A stretch of DNA of 64,000 bases, taken from NCBI GenBank assembly GCA_001563905.1, contig LKMO01000002.1, positions 3,397 to 67,396 on the forward strand, read 5' to 3'. Positions 28,001 to 39,100 of the stretch are shown piece after piece. This stretch comes from Nanohaloarchaea archaeon B1-Br10_U2g19. Lineage in GTDB: Archaea; Nanohalarchaeota; Nanosalinia; Nanosalinales; Nanosalinaceae. Under the pieces are notes generated by a model, which saw only the letters and a program-made list of their open reading frames with translations, was not told the DNA's origin and searched no databases. The first letter of the stretch is position 1; every line of letters begins with the position of its first letter. The position numbers and the translations under genes were made by a program.

Positions 28001-28915
28001 TTATAGCTGCTCTTCGATAATAGTTTCAAATACATTGAAAGGCTGAGCGCCTGTAACAGACTCGTCTTCAATAACTATTTCTGGCGTCCCGGTTATGCCT
28101 AGACTTGTTGCTTCTTGAGAGTCTGCTTGTACTAAATTATGAGATTCTTGGTTGTTGTAACAGGTCTCAAACTCGTTCATATCTATGCCTGTCTGTTCAG
28201 CCATATCGAAGAGCTCTTCTTCGTACTGTTCAGGATCTGAGTCGCTGAGACTTGAAAGCTCCATAAATCTGTCTATATGCTCGTCATGGAAATCCCAGAA
28301 AGCGTCGTGATCTTGCTGTGCTACACATTCTGAAGCAATCGCAGGATCTTCTCCACCAACAACAGGATGGTGCTTGTAGTATACTTTGACCTGTCCTGTT
28401 TCAACGTACTCTTCCATGATCTGAGGCATAGCACTGTTTGCTTGTACTTCTGCTGCCACGTCTTCATTATTGAATGCTCCGCAGAATGGACAGAAGAAGT
28501 CTTCGTATTTGACTAAAGTTACGGGAGCGTCTTCATCTCCTCTTACCGGTCGATCGTCTAAATCAATGTTCTCTACAGTGGCTTGTGAAGGGGCTGAGTC
28601 TCCAGCTTCATCTTCGGCTGAAGGCAGCTGTGGGTTGTCTTGTTGGATATCTGCCGTAGATAGTATGCCTGTGTTTGTAGCTAGATATGTTCCGGTTGTA
28701 CCGAAGAAAAATCCTATCATCAGAAACAGTGCTGCCACACTTTTGAGGCCCAGAGAAATGTCGAGGGTCTGTTTACTAGTATTTTCTGCGGAGTTATCGT
28801 TATTTTCTTCCTCTTCTTCTGATTCAGAATGTTTCTGAGTCTGGTGAATGCTCCGACCTCTTTTAGAGTCGAACTCTCTACCACATTTTTCGCATTCAAA
28901 GTTTTCTTCGGTCAT
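28001..28915 (-). CDS. DsbA/BdbD-like thioredoxin protein with N-terminal C2H2 zinc finger and TM anchor
   Basis: CEKC...HQTQKH; TM helix; GDEDAPVTLVKYEDFFCPFC; GITGTP cis-Pro loop. Confidence 0.85.
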   Translation of the reverse strand: MTEENFECEKCGREFDSKRGRSIHQTQKHSESEEEEENNDNSAENTSKQTLDISLGLKSVAALFLMIGFFFGTTGTYLATNTGILSTADIQQDNPQLPSAEDEAGDSAPSQATVENIDLDDRPVRGDEDAPVTLVKYEDFFCPFCGAFNNEDVAAEVQANSAMPQIMEEYVETGQVKVYYKHHPVVGGEDPAIASECVAQQDHDAFWDFHDEHIDRFMELSSLSDSDPEQYEEELFDMAEQTGIDMNEFETCYNNQESHNLVQADSQEATSLGITGTPEIVIEDESVTGAQPFNVFETIIEEQL

Positions 28916-29009
28916 AATACTGTTTAGATAGATCTGTTTTATTATAATTGCAGGGTTTCTCTAGAGTAACCTAGTTAAAAAAGAAGGAAATAAGAGTGGA
29001 AAATGTAGT

Positions 29010-31292
29010 TTATGCGTAGTAGTCTGGAGTGTTGTCTACTTCTTCTACCTCTTCCATCTTCTGCATCATCTGTTCGTAATGCTTCTTGTTTTCGTCGGTT
29101 GCTGTAGGCCGTATATCGTTCATAGCTTCTCTGAAGTGTTTTAGCTTGACATCTTCTGATTCAGGATCTTCTCTTAGTGAGATCATTCCTGCTTCTCTTA
29201 CTAGAGACTCTATATCGCTTCCTACATAGCCTTCGATCTCTTCTGCTAGGCCTTCAAGGTTTACTTCGTCTGCGAGAGGCATCTTCTTTGTATGGACTTC
29301 GAGAATCTTCTGTCTTGCTTTTACGTCCGGTATGTCTACCTGGATATTTCTGTCGATTCTTCCTGGTCTTAGTACTGCAGGATCGATTAGATCGGGCCTG
29401 TTTGTTGCTGCAATAACTGTTACTCCTTCAAGACTTTCTACACCGTCAAGTTCAGTTAGTAACTGGTTTACAACTCTGTCTCCTACTCCTGAGTCGCTTC
29501 TGCTTCCTCTGCGTGTTGCTATTGAGTCGATTTCGTCGATGAAGACGATACATGGTGCTACTTGTCGTGCTTTCTTGAAGACTTCTCTTATTGCTTCTTC
29601 TGATTCTCCTACGTATTTGGAGAAGATTTCAGGTCCTTTGATTGAGATGAAGTTGGCGTTAGCTTCGTTTGCTACGGCTTTAGCTAAAAGTGTTTTACCT
29701 GTTCCCGGCATTCCGTACAGCAGAATTCCTTTCGGTACTTCGATTCCCATTCTTTCGAATCTTTCAGGGTAGAGCTGCGGCCATTCAACCATTTCTCTTA
29801 ACTGTTCTTTGGTTCCTTCTAGTCCTCCTACATCTTCCCAGGTTACTGAAGGTACTTCTACCATTACTTCTCTCATTGCTGATGGCTCGACACTTCTTAA
29901 GCCGTCTATCATGTCTTCAGATCCGACAATCAGTTTCTCCATTACGTCGCTTGGTATCTCTTCATCCAGGTCTATTTCGGGTAGTACACGTCTTAAGACA
30001 CTCATTGCAGCTTCTTTACATAGTGCTTCGAGGTCTGCTCCGACATATCCGTGTGTTTTATCGGATAGTTCGTCTAGATCGACATCTTCGGTTAGAGGCA
30101 TGTTTCTGGTATGGATTTGGAGTATCTCTTTTCTTCCTTCGCTGTTTGGTACTCCGATCTCTATTTCTCTGTCGAAACGTCCTCCTCTTCTTAGTGCTTC
30201 GTCTACTGCGTCGATACGGTTTGTTGCAGCTATTACGATAACGTTTTCACGTTCTTCCAGTCCGTCCATCAAGGAGAGTAGCTGTGCTACAACTCTTCTT
30301 TCTACTTCTCCTCCGACTTCGCTTCTTTTGGATGCGATTGCATCGATTTCGTCGATGAATATTATTGCAGGACTGTTTTCTTGTGCTTCTTCGAACTTTT
30401 CACGGAGCTGTTTTTCGGACTCTCCGTAGTACTTGCTCATTATTTCCGGTCCGTTTATGGATAGGAAGGTTGCGTCCGCTTCGTTTGCTACGGCTTTAGC
30501 TAAAAGTGTTTTACCTGTTCCTGGAGGTCCGTGTAGTAGTACTCCGCTTGGAGCTTCTATTCCTAGTTGTTGGAATACTTCTGGATGTCTTAGAGGTAGT
30601 TCTATCATCTCTCGGACGTCCTGTATCTCTTTGTCTAGTCCTCCTATATCTTCGTAGGTTACTTCAGGGACTCTTACCTGTTGTTGTTCTACGTTTTCTA
30701 CGGCTTGTTGTTTCATTTCGATCTCGGTTGTTTCAGTTATTTTTACTGGGCCTTTCGGCTTGGTTTTTACGACAGCTAGTTTTAGGTCTCCGAAGCCTCG
30801 GAAGCTGAAGTGGTCGCCTTCTAGGTCGAACATGTCGTCGAAGACGGATCGTCGGGTTTCGTCTTTGTCTCCTGGTACTATTATGTCGCCTTCCATTACT
30901 GCGCGGTTGCTTAAGGCTTTTTTGAACATGTTAGGGTTTCCTACCTGTAGCATTACGCCTTCTTCGGCAGGTGCTAAAGTTATTTTCTTGGCTTCTTTTA
31001 GTTCGGCTCTTTCAACATCTACTTTTTCTCCTAGGCTTGTTCCGGCGTTTTTACGCATGTAGCCGTCCATTCTTGCGATTCCTAGGCCTTTGTCGGCAGG
31101 ATAACTTCTTGCAACTCTTCCTACTGTTTTGCGGTTTCCTTTGAGTGTTACTGCGTCTCCTTCTCTTACGCTGATTTCATCCATTACTTTGGAGTCAATT
31201 CTTACGATCCCGCGTCCTATGTCTTGTTGGGCGTTTGGTGGTACTTCTCCTACACGTAAGTTTACTTTGTTGTCATCTTTTTGGTCTGTCAT
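29010..31292 (-). CDS. cdc48: CDC48/VAT AAA+ ATPase
   Basis: N-domain plus two AAA modules ([16 protein letters not shown]); start moved to ATG 31292 after AAGGAGG. Confidence 0.95.
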   Translation of the reverse strand: MTDQKDDNKVNLRVGEVPPNAQQDIGRGIVRIDSKVMDEISVREGDAVTLKGNRKTVGRVARSYPADKGLGIARMDGYMRKNAGTSLGEKVDVERAELKEAKKITLAPAEEGVMLQVGNPNMFKKALSNRAVMEGDIIVPGDKDETRRSVFDDMFDLEGDHFSFRGFGDLKLAVVKTKPKGPVKITETTEIEMKQQAVENVEQQQVRVPEVTYEDIGGLDKEIQDVREMIELPLRHPEVFQQLGIEAPSGVLLHGPPGTGKTLLAKAVANEADATFLSINGPEIMSKYYGESEKQLREKFEEAQENSPAIIFIDEIDAIASKRSEVGGEVERRVVAQLLSLMDGLEERENVIVIAATNRIDAVDEALRRGGRFDREIEIGVPNSEGRKEILQIHTRNMPLTEDVDLDELSDKTHGYVGADLEALCKEAAMSVLRRVLPEIDLDEEIPSDVMEKLIVGSEDMIDGLRSVEPSAMREVMVEVPSVTWEDVGGLEGTKEQLREMVEWPQLYPERFERMGIEVPKGILLYGMPGTGKTLLAKAVANEANANFISIKGPEIFSKYVGESEEAIREVFKKARQVAPCIVFIDEIDSIATRRGSRSDSGVGDRVVNQLLTELDGVESLEGVTVIAATNRPDLIDPAVLRPGRIDRNIQVDIPDVKARQKILEVHTKKMPLADEVNLEGLAEEIEGYVGSDIESLVREAGMISLREDPESEDVKLKHFREAMNDIRPTATDENKKHYEQMMQKMEEVEEVDNTPDYYA

Positions 31293-31623
31293 AGTTATCC
31301 TCCTTGTTGAGTTTGTCCAGTATCTTCTGTTCTTTGACAAGTACTGTGAAGATATGGTAGGATACTTTTTCTTCCCAGGTGTGAAAGTACTCTTCCACTT
31401 TGTCTGTGTGCTTTTTGGCGAAGATAAACACTGAGTCGTCGACTCGAGTGTTTGGTACCTCGTCCATCAAGCCTTTCTTGTCGTACTTGTAGGTTTTACC
31501 GTTTTTCTTCACCGTTTGACGGTATCCGAAAAGTCCGCGGTAAAACTTGTTTCTCTCGTAAACAGAGTCGAAGTACTCCCTGTTTGTGTTGTATGTTAGT
31601 AGGGCTGCCTTCTTTTTGGACAT
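31273..31623 (-). CDS. Hypothetical protein overlapping the cdc48 start, possibly Cas2/VapD-like ferredoxin fold
   Basis: 116-aa basic/aromatic ORF; LLTY...FYRGLFGY...DSVF pattern; fold is a guess. Confidence 0.6.
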   Translation of the reverse strand: MSKKKAALLTYNTNREYFDSVYERNKFYRGLFGYRQTVKKNGKTYKYDKKGLMDEVPNTRVDDSVFIFAKKHTDKVEEYFHTWEEKVSYHIFTVLVKEQKILDKLNKEDNYDRPKR

Positions 31624-31731
31624 ATAGGTAGTTTGTTGTCAGTAACCTTTAAACACTTTTTTGTTTACGTCCATAAAAAACGTTTTTATCTACTCGAAGG
31701 GGATAAAAGAGTCCACACAATAAAGTAACTC

Positions 31732-32421
31732 GTGGAAGTCGAACGAGTATCAACAGGCAGCGAACCTATAGACAGCCTTCTAAACGGAGGGATAGAGAAA
31801 GGACTGATAACCAATGTATTCGGAGAATCAGGCTCCGGTAAAACCAATCTCTGCGTCCAAGTAGCTGCAGAAGTAGCGAAAAACGGTGGAAAAGTAATCT
31901 ATATCGACACCGAAAAAGGATTCTCTCCAGAAAGATTCTCACAGATAGCATCAGAAAAAGATCTAGAAAACATGCTCTTAATGGAGCCCTACGACTTCCA
32001 AGAACAAGCCGACCGGATAAACGCCTTAGAAGGTGTAGTAGAGGAAGAAGAACCAGAACTAGTCATAGTCGACTCAATGGTATCTCTATACCGTTTACAA
32101 GCTAAAGGCGACCAGATACAGGAAGTAAACCAGAAACTCTCCCAGCAGCTCTCACAGCTCGCAAAAATAGCAAGAAAATACAATATGCCTGTAATGATAA
32201 CAAACCAGGTCTACACAAGCTTTGAAGAAGACGAAATAGAGCTAGTCGGAAGAGACGTACCACGTTACTGGTCCAAGTGCCTAGTCAAACTAACTAACCA
32301 CGACAAAAACGTGAGAAAAGCCGAGATAGAGAAACACCGTTCACTTCCCGAAGGAAGAGCAGAAAAGTTCGAGATAACAGATGCAGGTCTAGTAACATAC
32401 AAGAAGAAAGGACTGTTCTAA
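31732..32421 (+). CDS. radB: DNA repair and recombination protein RadB
   Basis: LLNGGIE, GESGSGKT, YIDTE, VDS, TNQV and KHR motifs; no RadA N-terminal domain. Confidence 0.9.
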   Translation: MEVERVSTGSEPIDSLLNGGIEKGLITNVFGESGSGKTNLCVQVAAEVAKNGGKVIYIDTEKGFSPERFSQIASEKDLENMLLMEPYDFQEQADRINALEGVVEEEEPELVIVDSMVSLYRLQAKGDQIQEVNQKLSQQLSQLAKIARKYNMPVMITNQVYTSFEEDEIELVGRDVPRYWSKCLVKLTNHDKNVRKAEIEKHRSLPEGRAEKFEITDAGLVTYKKKGLF

Positions 32422-32459
32422 ACAAATTTTATAAATCTCAAAGTTTAGACAGATACTTT

Positions 32460-32700
32460 ATGCGCGTCCAAAACAACTCCCAACAGAAGGGTGGCTGCTT
32501 TATTGGAGACTCATCTGTTTTCAAGGGTGGACGCGTTCTGCAACAGTAAACTTTCTACACAACTCCAGTTAGGAACATTTTCTCACAGATTCATTGATCT
32601 ACTTCTGATTATCCTGATTATTACGCTGCTACTGCTGTAAAAAATACAGTGGTAGCGGGTTTCTCAAAAAAAAAATAACTACCTCTTTTGAGGTCGACCA
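32460..32700 (+). other. Structured intergenic element (putative sRNA or long 5' leader)
   Basis: TTTATAAA upstream; stems 32462-32470/32528-32536 and 32624-32634/32647-32657 with G.U pairs on + strand. Confidence 0.4.
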
Positions 32701-32781
32701 CGCTATGACACACAAAAACAACACCGAAACTACGCACAACACTCAAAAACCTTACAGAAACTTCAGAGGTGACAGATAAAG

Positions 32782-33123
32782 ATGTACGAAAACATGGAAG
32801 AATCTTTAGAAGAAGCCACAGACTTATACGGAGTCAAGGCCTCAGCACCTTCGGTAGAACTCTCTTATGAAACAGACAAGCCTGAAGATTATGAACCTCA
32901 CAGTGAAGAACCCGGATATGAAAACTGGGTGATCTTCGAAGGAGCTGAAGGAGATTTAGAGTCTGCAGCGAGAGTACTGTTCTCAGAAACAGAAGAAAAG
33001 AAAGCAGTGACAGATGGAGGACAAGTTCTAGAACAAGAATCTTCTGAAAACTATGAAACAAACTGGAGTCACACTCATCCAGACTACTGGAACCAAGGAG
33101 AGGCCGGAGGCGCTCCCATGTAA
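32782..33123 (+). CDS. Acidic hypothetical protein
   Basis: 113-aa ORF with GAGGTGA SD; contains the VTDGG motif common in haloarchaeal proteins. Confidence 0.7.
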   Translation: MYENMEESLEEATDLYGVKASAPSVELSYETDKPEDYEPHSEEPGYENWVIFEGAEGDLESAARVLFSETEEKKAVTDGGQVLEQESSENYETNWSHTHPDYWNQGEAGGAPM

Positions 33124-33177
33124 ACCGGCCTTAAACTCCGGAAAAAATAAGAGTCTAGAACCCTTCAACACATACTT

Positions 33178-33435
33178 ATGGACTTAGAAGACTACAGAAA
33201 AGAAATCGACCACGTCAATACAGAGATCGTAGACGCCGTATCTAGAAGAATGAATATTGTAGAAGAAATCGGAACGTACAAAGAACAGAACGGAATGGAT
33301 GTGAAGGACGAGGGCAGAGAAGAAGTAGTTAAACAGCAGTTTGAAAAACTGTTTGAGAAAGAAAGTCTTCCTAAGGAAAAAGGCCGAGAGTTCGCAGAAC
33401 TTCTGATAGAGATGGCGGTGCAGAAACAGGAATGA
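33178..33435 (+). CDS. Chorismate mutase (AroQ type)
   Basis: LEDYRKEID...RR...IGTYK...D..RE motif. Confidence 0.85.
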   Translation: MDLEDYRKEIDHVNTEIVDAVSRRMNIVEEIGTYKEQNGMDVKDEGREEVVKQQFEKLFEKESLPKEKGREFAELLIEMAVQKQE

Positions 33436-34199
33436 AGGTCGCAGTCCTAGGACCTGAAGGAACATACACACATGAGGCAGCTAAAAAGTATTTTGAAGAT
33501 CTACAGCCCGAGTTCTGCGCTACAATAAGAGAAGTGTTTGAATCAGATACTAAAGTAAAGTTTATCCCTGTAGAAAACTCTCTAGGCGGCGATGTAACAG
33601 ATACAATAGATCTGCTAAGAGAAAACGATGAAACAATAACCGGTGAAGTAAGAATGTCTATAGAACATGCTCTGATTTCTGAGGAAGAGTTTGAAGATAT
33701 CAGAAAAGTCTGTTCACATCCTCAAGCAGTCTCACAGTGTAAACAGCTTGTAAACAAAAACAACTGGGATGTCGTAGAGAAAGCTTCAACAGCGGAAGCA
33801 GTAGAAACCTTGGAAGAAGGTGAGGCAGCAATAGCTTCAGAGATTTCTGCAGAGATCAACGGTAAACCGGTTTTAAGGAAATCAGTTCAGGACACGGACT
33901 CAAACACGACACGTTTCTTCGTGCTTAACGGCAACCCGACGCCGGAGAAAAAGACTTCGATGATACTGGAGCCTGGAGAAGACCGTCCTGGACTGCTTCA
34001 CGCAATGCTGTCCTGTTTTGCAGGACATGAGATTAACTTGAGCCATATCCAGTCCCGGCCAACACGTGAAGAGCTAGGACAGTACTACTTCTATATAGAG
34101 GCAGAAGTAGCTAACGGAAGACTAGACAAAGCAGTTCAATGCCTAAAAACATATGCGGACGTCAACTTACTCGGTAAATACGGTGTGAAAAAAGTATGA
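33432..34199 (+). CDS. pheA: Prephenate dehydratase
   Basis: LGPEGTY, PVENS, SHPQA, NTTRF and ACT domain (DRPGLL, SRP). Confidence 0.92.
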   Translation: MKVAVLGPEGTYTHEAAKKYFEDLQPEFCATIREVFESDTKVKFIPVENSLGGDVTDTIDLLRENDETITGEVRMSIEHALISEEEFEDIRKVCSHPQAVSQCKQLVNKNNWDVVEKASTAEAVETLEEGEAAIASEISAEINGKPVLRKSVQDTDSNTTRFFVLNGNPTPEKKTSMILEPGEDRPGLLHAMLSCFAGHEINLSHIQSRPTREELGQYYFYIEAEVANGRLDKAVQCLKTYADVNLLGKYGVKKV

Positions 34200-35308
34200 G
34201 AAAACGGATACAGAACATAAACTTGTCGATAAGAAAAATTTCGGAAAAAGCAGCAAAACAAGACAGAATAGTAAGGTTTGATATAGGACAGCCAAGTTTC
34301 GACACACCAGAACACGTCAAAAACGCTGCTAAAAAAGGTTTAGAGAATAAACAAGGATACTCTCCGATGCTAGGTCTTCCAAAGCTCCGTAAAGCAATAA
34401 TTGAAGAAGAAAACAGTAAAAACGGTTTTGGAGAGGAAGGAAAACTGCTGGAAAAAGAACATGTAATGGTTACAACCGGAGGAATGGGAGCTCTATACAG
34501 TATTTTTGCAGCAAGACTAGGATCTGAGGATAAAGCAGTTTTCAACGATCCTTGCTGGGGTCCTTACAAGATGATAAGCGAAGTAAACGGAAACCAGTGG
34601 AGCCAAGTAAAGTACTGGGATGAAGACAGAAAACTTACGGAACAAGCCAAAGAAGAGATCGCTGAAGCCGAACTCGTTGTAGTAAACACGCCAGGAAACC
34701 CTACAGGATACACATTAACCAGAGAACAAGCTAAAGAGATAGGAGAGCTAGCCGATCAGAACAACACCTTCTTAGTCTCGGATGAGGTCTACCACCGTCT
34801 AACTTATGGAAGAGAACATTACTCTCCGGCAGAGTTCTCATGCGACTCCGCGATTATAGGATCTGCGTCCAAAAACCATGCGATGACAGGATGGAGAATA
34901 GGCTGGATAGTAGATAAAACAGAAAATATTGAACAGTACGCTAAAGTATCAAGAGCTTCCACAGCATGCCCTCCAAGAATATCTCAGTATGCCGCAATAG
35001 AAGCCTTAGAAAACGATTCTCATGTAGAAAAGATGAGAAAAACCTATGAGAAGAGACGAGATCTACTTGTAGAAAGAATGGAACAGCTTAACTGGGATTT
35101 TGTGGCTCCGGAAGGCGCAATATACGCTTTCCCGGAGATAGGTGAAGACTCCTGGGAGTTCTGTATGAGGATGATAGATGAAGGTGTGGCAATGGTTCCC
35201 GGAGAGCCAATGGGTCCTGAAAGCAGCCAGAACGTTAGAATCTGCTTCGGATCAACCACAACAGAAGAGATAAACAAAGCGTTCGATATAATCGAGGAAA
35301 ACATATGA
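34196..35308 (+). CDS. PLP-dependent class I/II (aspartate/aromatic) aminotransferase
   Basis: NTPGNPTG, DEVY and SKNHAMTGWRIG motifs. Confidence 0.9.
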   Translation: MRKRIQNINLSIRKISEKAAKQDRIVRFDIGQPSFDTPEHVKNAAKKGLENKQGYSPMLGLPKLRKAIIEEENSKNGFGEEGKLLEKEHVMVTTGGMGALYSIFAARLGSEDKAVFNDPCWGPYKMISEVNGNQWSQVKYWDEDRKLTEQAKEEIAEAELVVVNTPGNPTGYTLTREQAKEIGELADQNNTFLVSDEVYHRLTYGREHYSPAEFSCDSAIIGSASKNHAMTGWRIGWIVDKTENIEQYAKVSRASTACPPRISQYAAIEALENDSHVEKMRKTYEKRRDLLVERMEQLNWDFVAPEGAIYAFPEIGEDSWEFCMRMIDEGVAMVPGEPMGPESSQNVRICFGSTTTEEINKAFDIIEENI

Positions 35309-36159
35309 TAGATCAGAAAATCGCTATAGTCGGAGGAACAGGAAAGTTCGGCCAGCATCTAGGGAAAAAGCTTGGAGAAAACAACGAGATAAGAATCTCG
35401 GGCAGAAACAGTTCAGAAGCCGAAAAAATAGCGGAAAAATACGACTGGAGCCACGGCACAAACCAGGAGATAGTTGAAGATGCCGACATAGTGATTGTGG
35501 CGGTCCCGATATCTGTGACTGTAGATGTGATAAAAGAGATAGGACCTAAAGTACCGGACAACGCACTTTTCTGCGATATTACAAGTGTCAAACAAGAACC
35601 TGTTGAGGAAATGAAGAAGTACTCGGATCAAGTTCTAGGCATGCATCCTATGTACGCTCCAAGCAACTCTATAAAAGGACAGAAAGTGGTTTTATGCCCG
35701 GAAAAAGGCAAGAAATGGACGGAAATGGAGGAGTTCTGGATAGAGAACGGTGCTGAAACACATATCACTGATCCGGAGACTCATGACAAAGCAATGTCGT
35801 TAGTACAAGGCTTAATGCATTTCTCAGAGTTAGTGGTTGCTGACGTGATTAGAAAGTCTGATTTATCTGGTGAAGATATGGAAGAGTTTTCCTCACCAGT
35901 CTATCAGCTTATAACAGATTTGACTGCTAGAATGCTTAACCAGAAGCCAGGACTTTACGGCTCTATACAGGAGGAGAACCCTGAAAACGAAGATGTAAGA
36001 GAAAGATTCTTAGAGTCTGCTGAAGACTTAAAAACGTTAATAGAAAGCGGTGAAGGTTTTGAGGAGAAGTTTACGGAGCTTGGAGAAGAGTTTGATCTTG
36101 AAGGTTCTCAGAACCGTACTGATATGGTTATAGAGTATCTTTCTGAGGAAGTACGTTGA
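35305..36159 (+). CDS. tyrA: Prephenate dehydrogenase
   Basis: GGTGKFG, DITSVK, HPM and HDKAMSLVQGL motifs. Confidence 0.9.
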   Translation: MIDQKIAIVGGTGKFGQHLGKKLGENNEIRISGRNSSEAEKIAEKYDWSHGTNQEIVEDADIVIVAVPISVTVDVIKEIGPKVPDNALFCDITSVKQEPVEEMKKYSDQVLGMHPMYAPSNSIKGQKVVLCPEKGKKWTEMEEFWIENGAETHITDPETHDKAMSLVQGLMHFSELVVADVIRKSDLSGEDMEEFSSPVYQLITDLTARMLNQKPGLYGSIQEENPENEDVRERFLESAEDLKTLIESGEGFEEKFTELGEEFDLEGSQNRTDMVIEYLSEEVR

Positions 36160-36162
36160 ACT

Positions 36163-39100
36163 TTACCAGTCGTCTTTTGTTGGGCAGTCAGGATCGATAC
36201 ACATGTTGTAGTTCTTTCCTTTCTTTCTGTTGACCCAGATCTTAGGTGTTCCACACTCTTCACAGACTTCGTTCGTGGCTTTGATATCTCCGTTTCTCGG
36301 TAAGGGGAAGCTGTTTTCACAGTCAGGATAGTTCGAACAGCCTACGAAACGTCCTTGTTTAGTTTTGATGATTCTTAGTGTACCGTCTTCTCTATCTTCC
36401 TCCTCACATTCTTGGCATGCGCCGAGCTGTCTTCTTCTTTCTCTATCGGCGTCAATTGTTTCTACAAGCTCTTTACCGATCTCTAGCTCTTGTTCTTTGA
36501 ACTTTCCTAGGATGTCGCCTAAATGTTTTTCTGCTTCCTCAAGCACTTCTTCTCTCGTGTCTTTCTCTTCTTGGATTGAGTCCATCTTCTCTTCGAACTC
36601 TCTTGTAAGCTCTTCGGAAACGATTTCGCCACAGTGGTCTTCCAGTGTGGATACAATTGTCAGGCCAAGAGGAGTAACTTCTATAGGCTCTTCTTCAATA
36701 TAGTTACGGCTGTATAAACGGTCTATTGTGCTGGCTCTTGTTGCTTTAGTTCCTAAGTCTTTCTTCTCTAGTTTGTTTACTATTCCTGACTGACTGTAAC
36801 GGTTCGGTGGCTGTGTCTCTTTCTCAACGATTTCAAACTCTTCAATATCTAGGGTTTGTCCTTCCTCCATGTCTGGTAGATCTGCTTCATCTACTCTTAC
36901 GTAAGGTTCGTAGAGGTCGTACCAGTTGCGTTCCTTAGTGATTTTTGATTTGGCTTTGAAGTCGTGTCCGTTAACTTCTAGTGTGAATGTCAGGCTCTGT
37001 CTTTTTGCAGCGTCTCCGAATACTGCGAAAAATCTTTTGACAATAAGGTCGTATACTTTACGTTCCTGTTTTGACAGGTTGGAGGGATGTTCTCCTGTAG
37101 GATAGATTGCTGGGTGTGCGTCATCTTTCTTTTTTCCTTGTCGTGGAGAAAGCTTGTTTTTATCTAATACTTTTTTTGCGATATCTTGGTACTCTTTTTG
37201 ACCTTTCAACTTGTTTAGAAGGCGTTTGTAGCCTAGTTTAGCGGGTAGTTTCTGGCTTTCTGTTCTCGGGTATGAGATTAAACCGTTTTCGTAGAGTGTC
37301 TGTGCTATCTGCTGTGTTTTTTTAGGTGAGATTCTGAACTGGCTGCTTGCTTCGCTCTGTAGGCCTGTAAGGTTGAAAGGTATTGGAACGTTGTGTTTGT
37401 AGTTGTTGACTTTTACATTGGTTACAACGGTTTCTTTAGCATCTTTTACTTCTTTGAATACTTTTTCGGCGGTATCTTCGTCCCAGATACGGTCTTCGTC
37501 ATCTTCCCACTGTGCGTCGAACTCTGAGTGTTTTAGGTATATTTCCCAGTACGGGTCTGGTTCGAAGGCCTGTATCTCACGTTCTCTGTCTGCCAGTATC
37601 TTCAGTGCTGGTCCTTGCACTCGGCCTGTTGAAAGTGTTTTGTAACGGTCTGCCTTTCTTACTGCCTTCATCAAGGCTCTTGAAACGTTTATACCGTAGT
37701 AGTAGTCGAGTACATGTCTTGTGATTCCTGCTTCTGTCATTCCTCTGTCGAAGTCTTCTAAGTCGTCGAAAGCGTTTTGCAGGTCTCCCTGTGTAAGTGT
37801 TGAGAACTTCATACGTCGGATATCATCTTCATCAGCATCTGTAATATGTTTGATGACGTTATACCCAATCACAGAGTTGTGGGATATTATTCCGTTCCCG
37901 TGCATAAAGTTTCTCGAACTTGTTTGGAAATCGTAAAAATAATCTTTCTCTGAGTTTTTTTCCTGTATCTTCTTTACTTTCAAAAATGTTGCATCGCCGT
38001 CAGGATATTTTTCCATTTCTTCTTCCCATTCTAAGACATGGGTTCTTGATATAGTTTCTGCTGCGTTTAGCTGTCCTTTTTTCTCGGTTTTGACCTTCTG
38101 TCGGCGTGCAAGACAAGTAGGCAGCCCTCCGAGATTGTAACGAGTGTTCTTGGATACTTCTTCAACCTTCTGCTGTATTTCGTCTGAGAAGTTGAGTTTT
38201 GAGGAAATTCGTGCCAGATCTTGACTTCTGCCAATAGTTAAGTTAGTCATTTCTCTATCAGAGTGATTCCAGCTTTGGAAGGAGGGGTTTACAGTATAAC
38301 TCTGGAGTAGGTAGAAGAAGTCCTCAAGAAGTTTAGAGCTTTTACTGCCTGCTGAAGCTATAGCTCTATCGTCTTTTCTGTCTATGAAAATCGATCCATC
38401 CCCATCCCAGTAGCCTGAGATCAGTCCTTTTTTGAACGCTTCTGGTGTTGAGAGTATCCAAGTTGGAAGTTTCTTTTCTCCGGAAGCCTCTCCAACATCA
38501 AGGTTTTTGAGCAGCATCCGAAGTATTCGGGATTTTGTACCTACTTCGAAACACTCTGAATCGCCGTAAGAGCCCTTTACATTTCTCTTCCTGATTCTTC
38601 CTTCTGTTCCTATAAAGTTTAGAAATTCTCTAACCTCTTTTACAAGTTCGTCTTCTTCAGGTCCAAAGTATAGTCCTATGAATCCGCCAGAGTCTATACA
38701 TCCTTCAGCGAGATACAATCCAATAAATCTGCCTAGTTTTCTGTCAAGCTTCAATTTTGCTGGCAGTCTTGTTGAGCCTTTGTAGCTTGATACTGTAAGG
38801 TCTGATCTTTCAACACCCAAATTGTCTTCTAGTTCTAAGAAAATATTTTTAGGCATTCTGTCGTGGTATCTGTAATTTACACATTGTTTTCTGGTCTTCT
38901 CAACGTGCTTGCACATCTCCGCAGGCATTATTTTCATTTCTTCTTTGAATCCGTGTACGTATATCTCATCGAGTTCATCTATTAAATCGAGTTCTTCTTT
39001 AGTGCTGTTGTGAGGTGTACTTTTGGTGTTGAGTACTTGGTCTCCGACTTCCAAATCTTCAGCATGTTTGCTCTCTAGTCCCTTATCCGTAGCTACTAGC

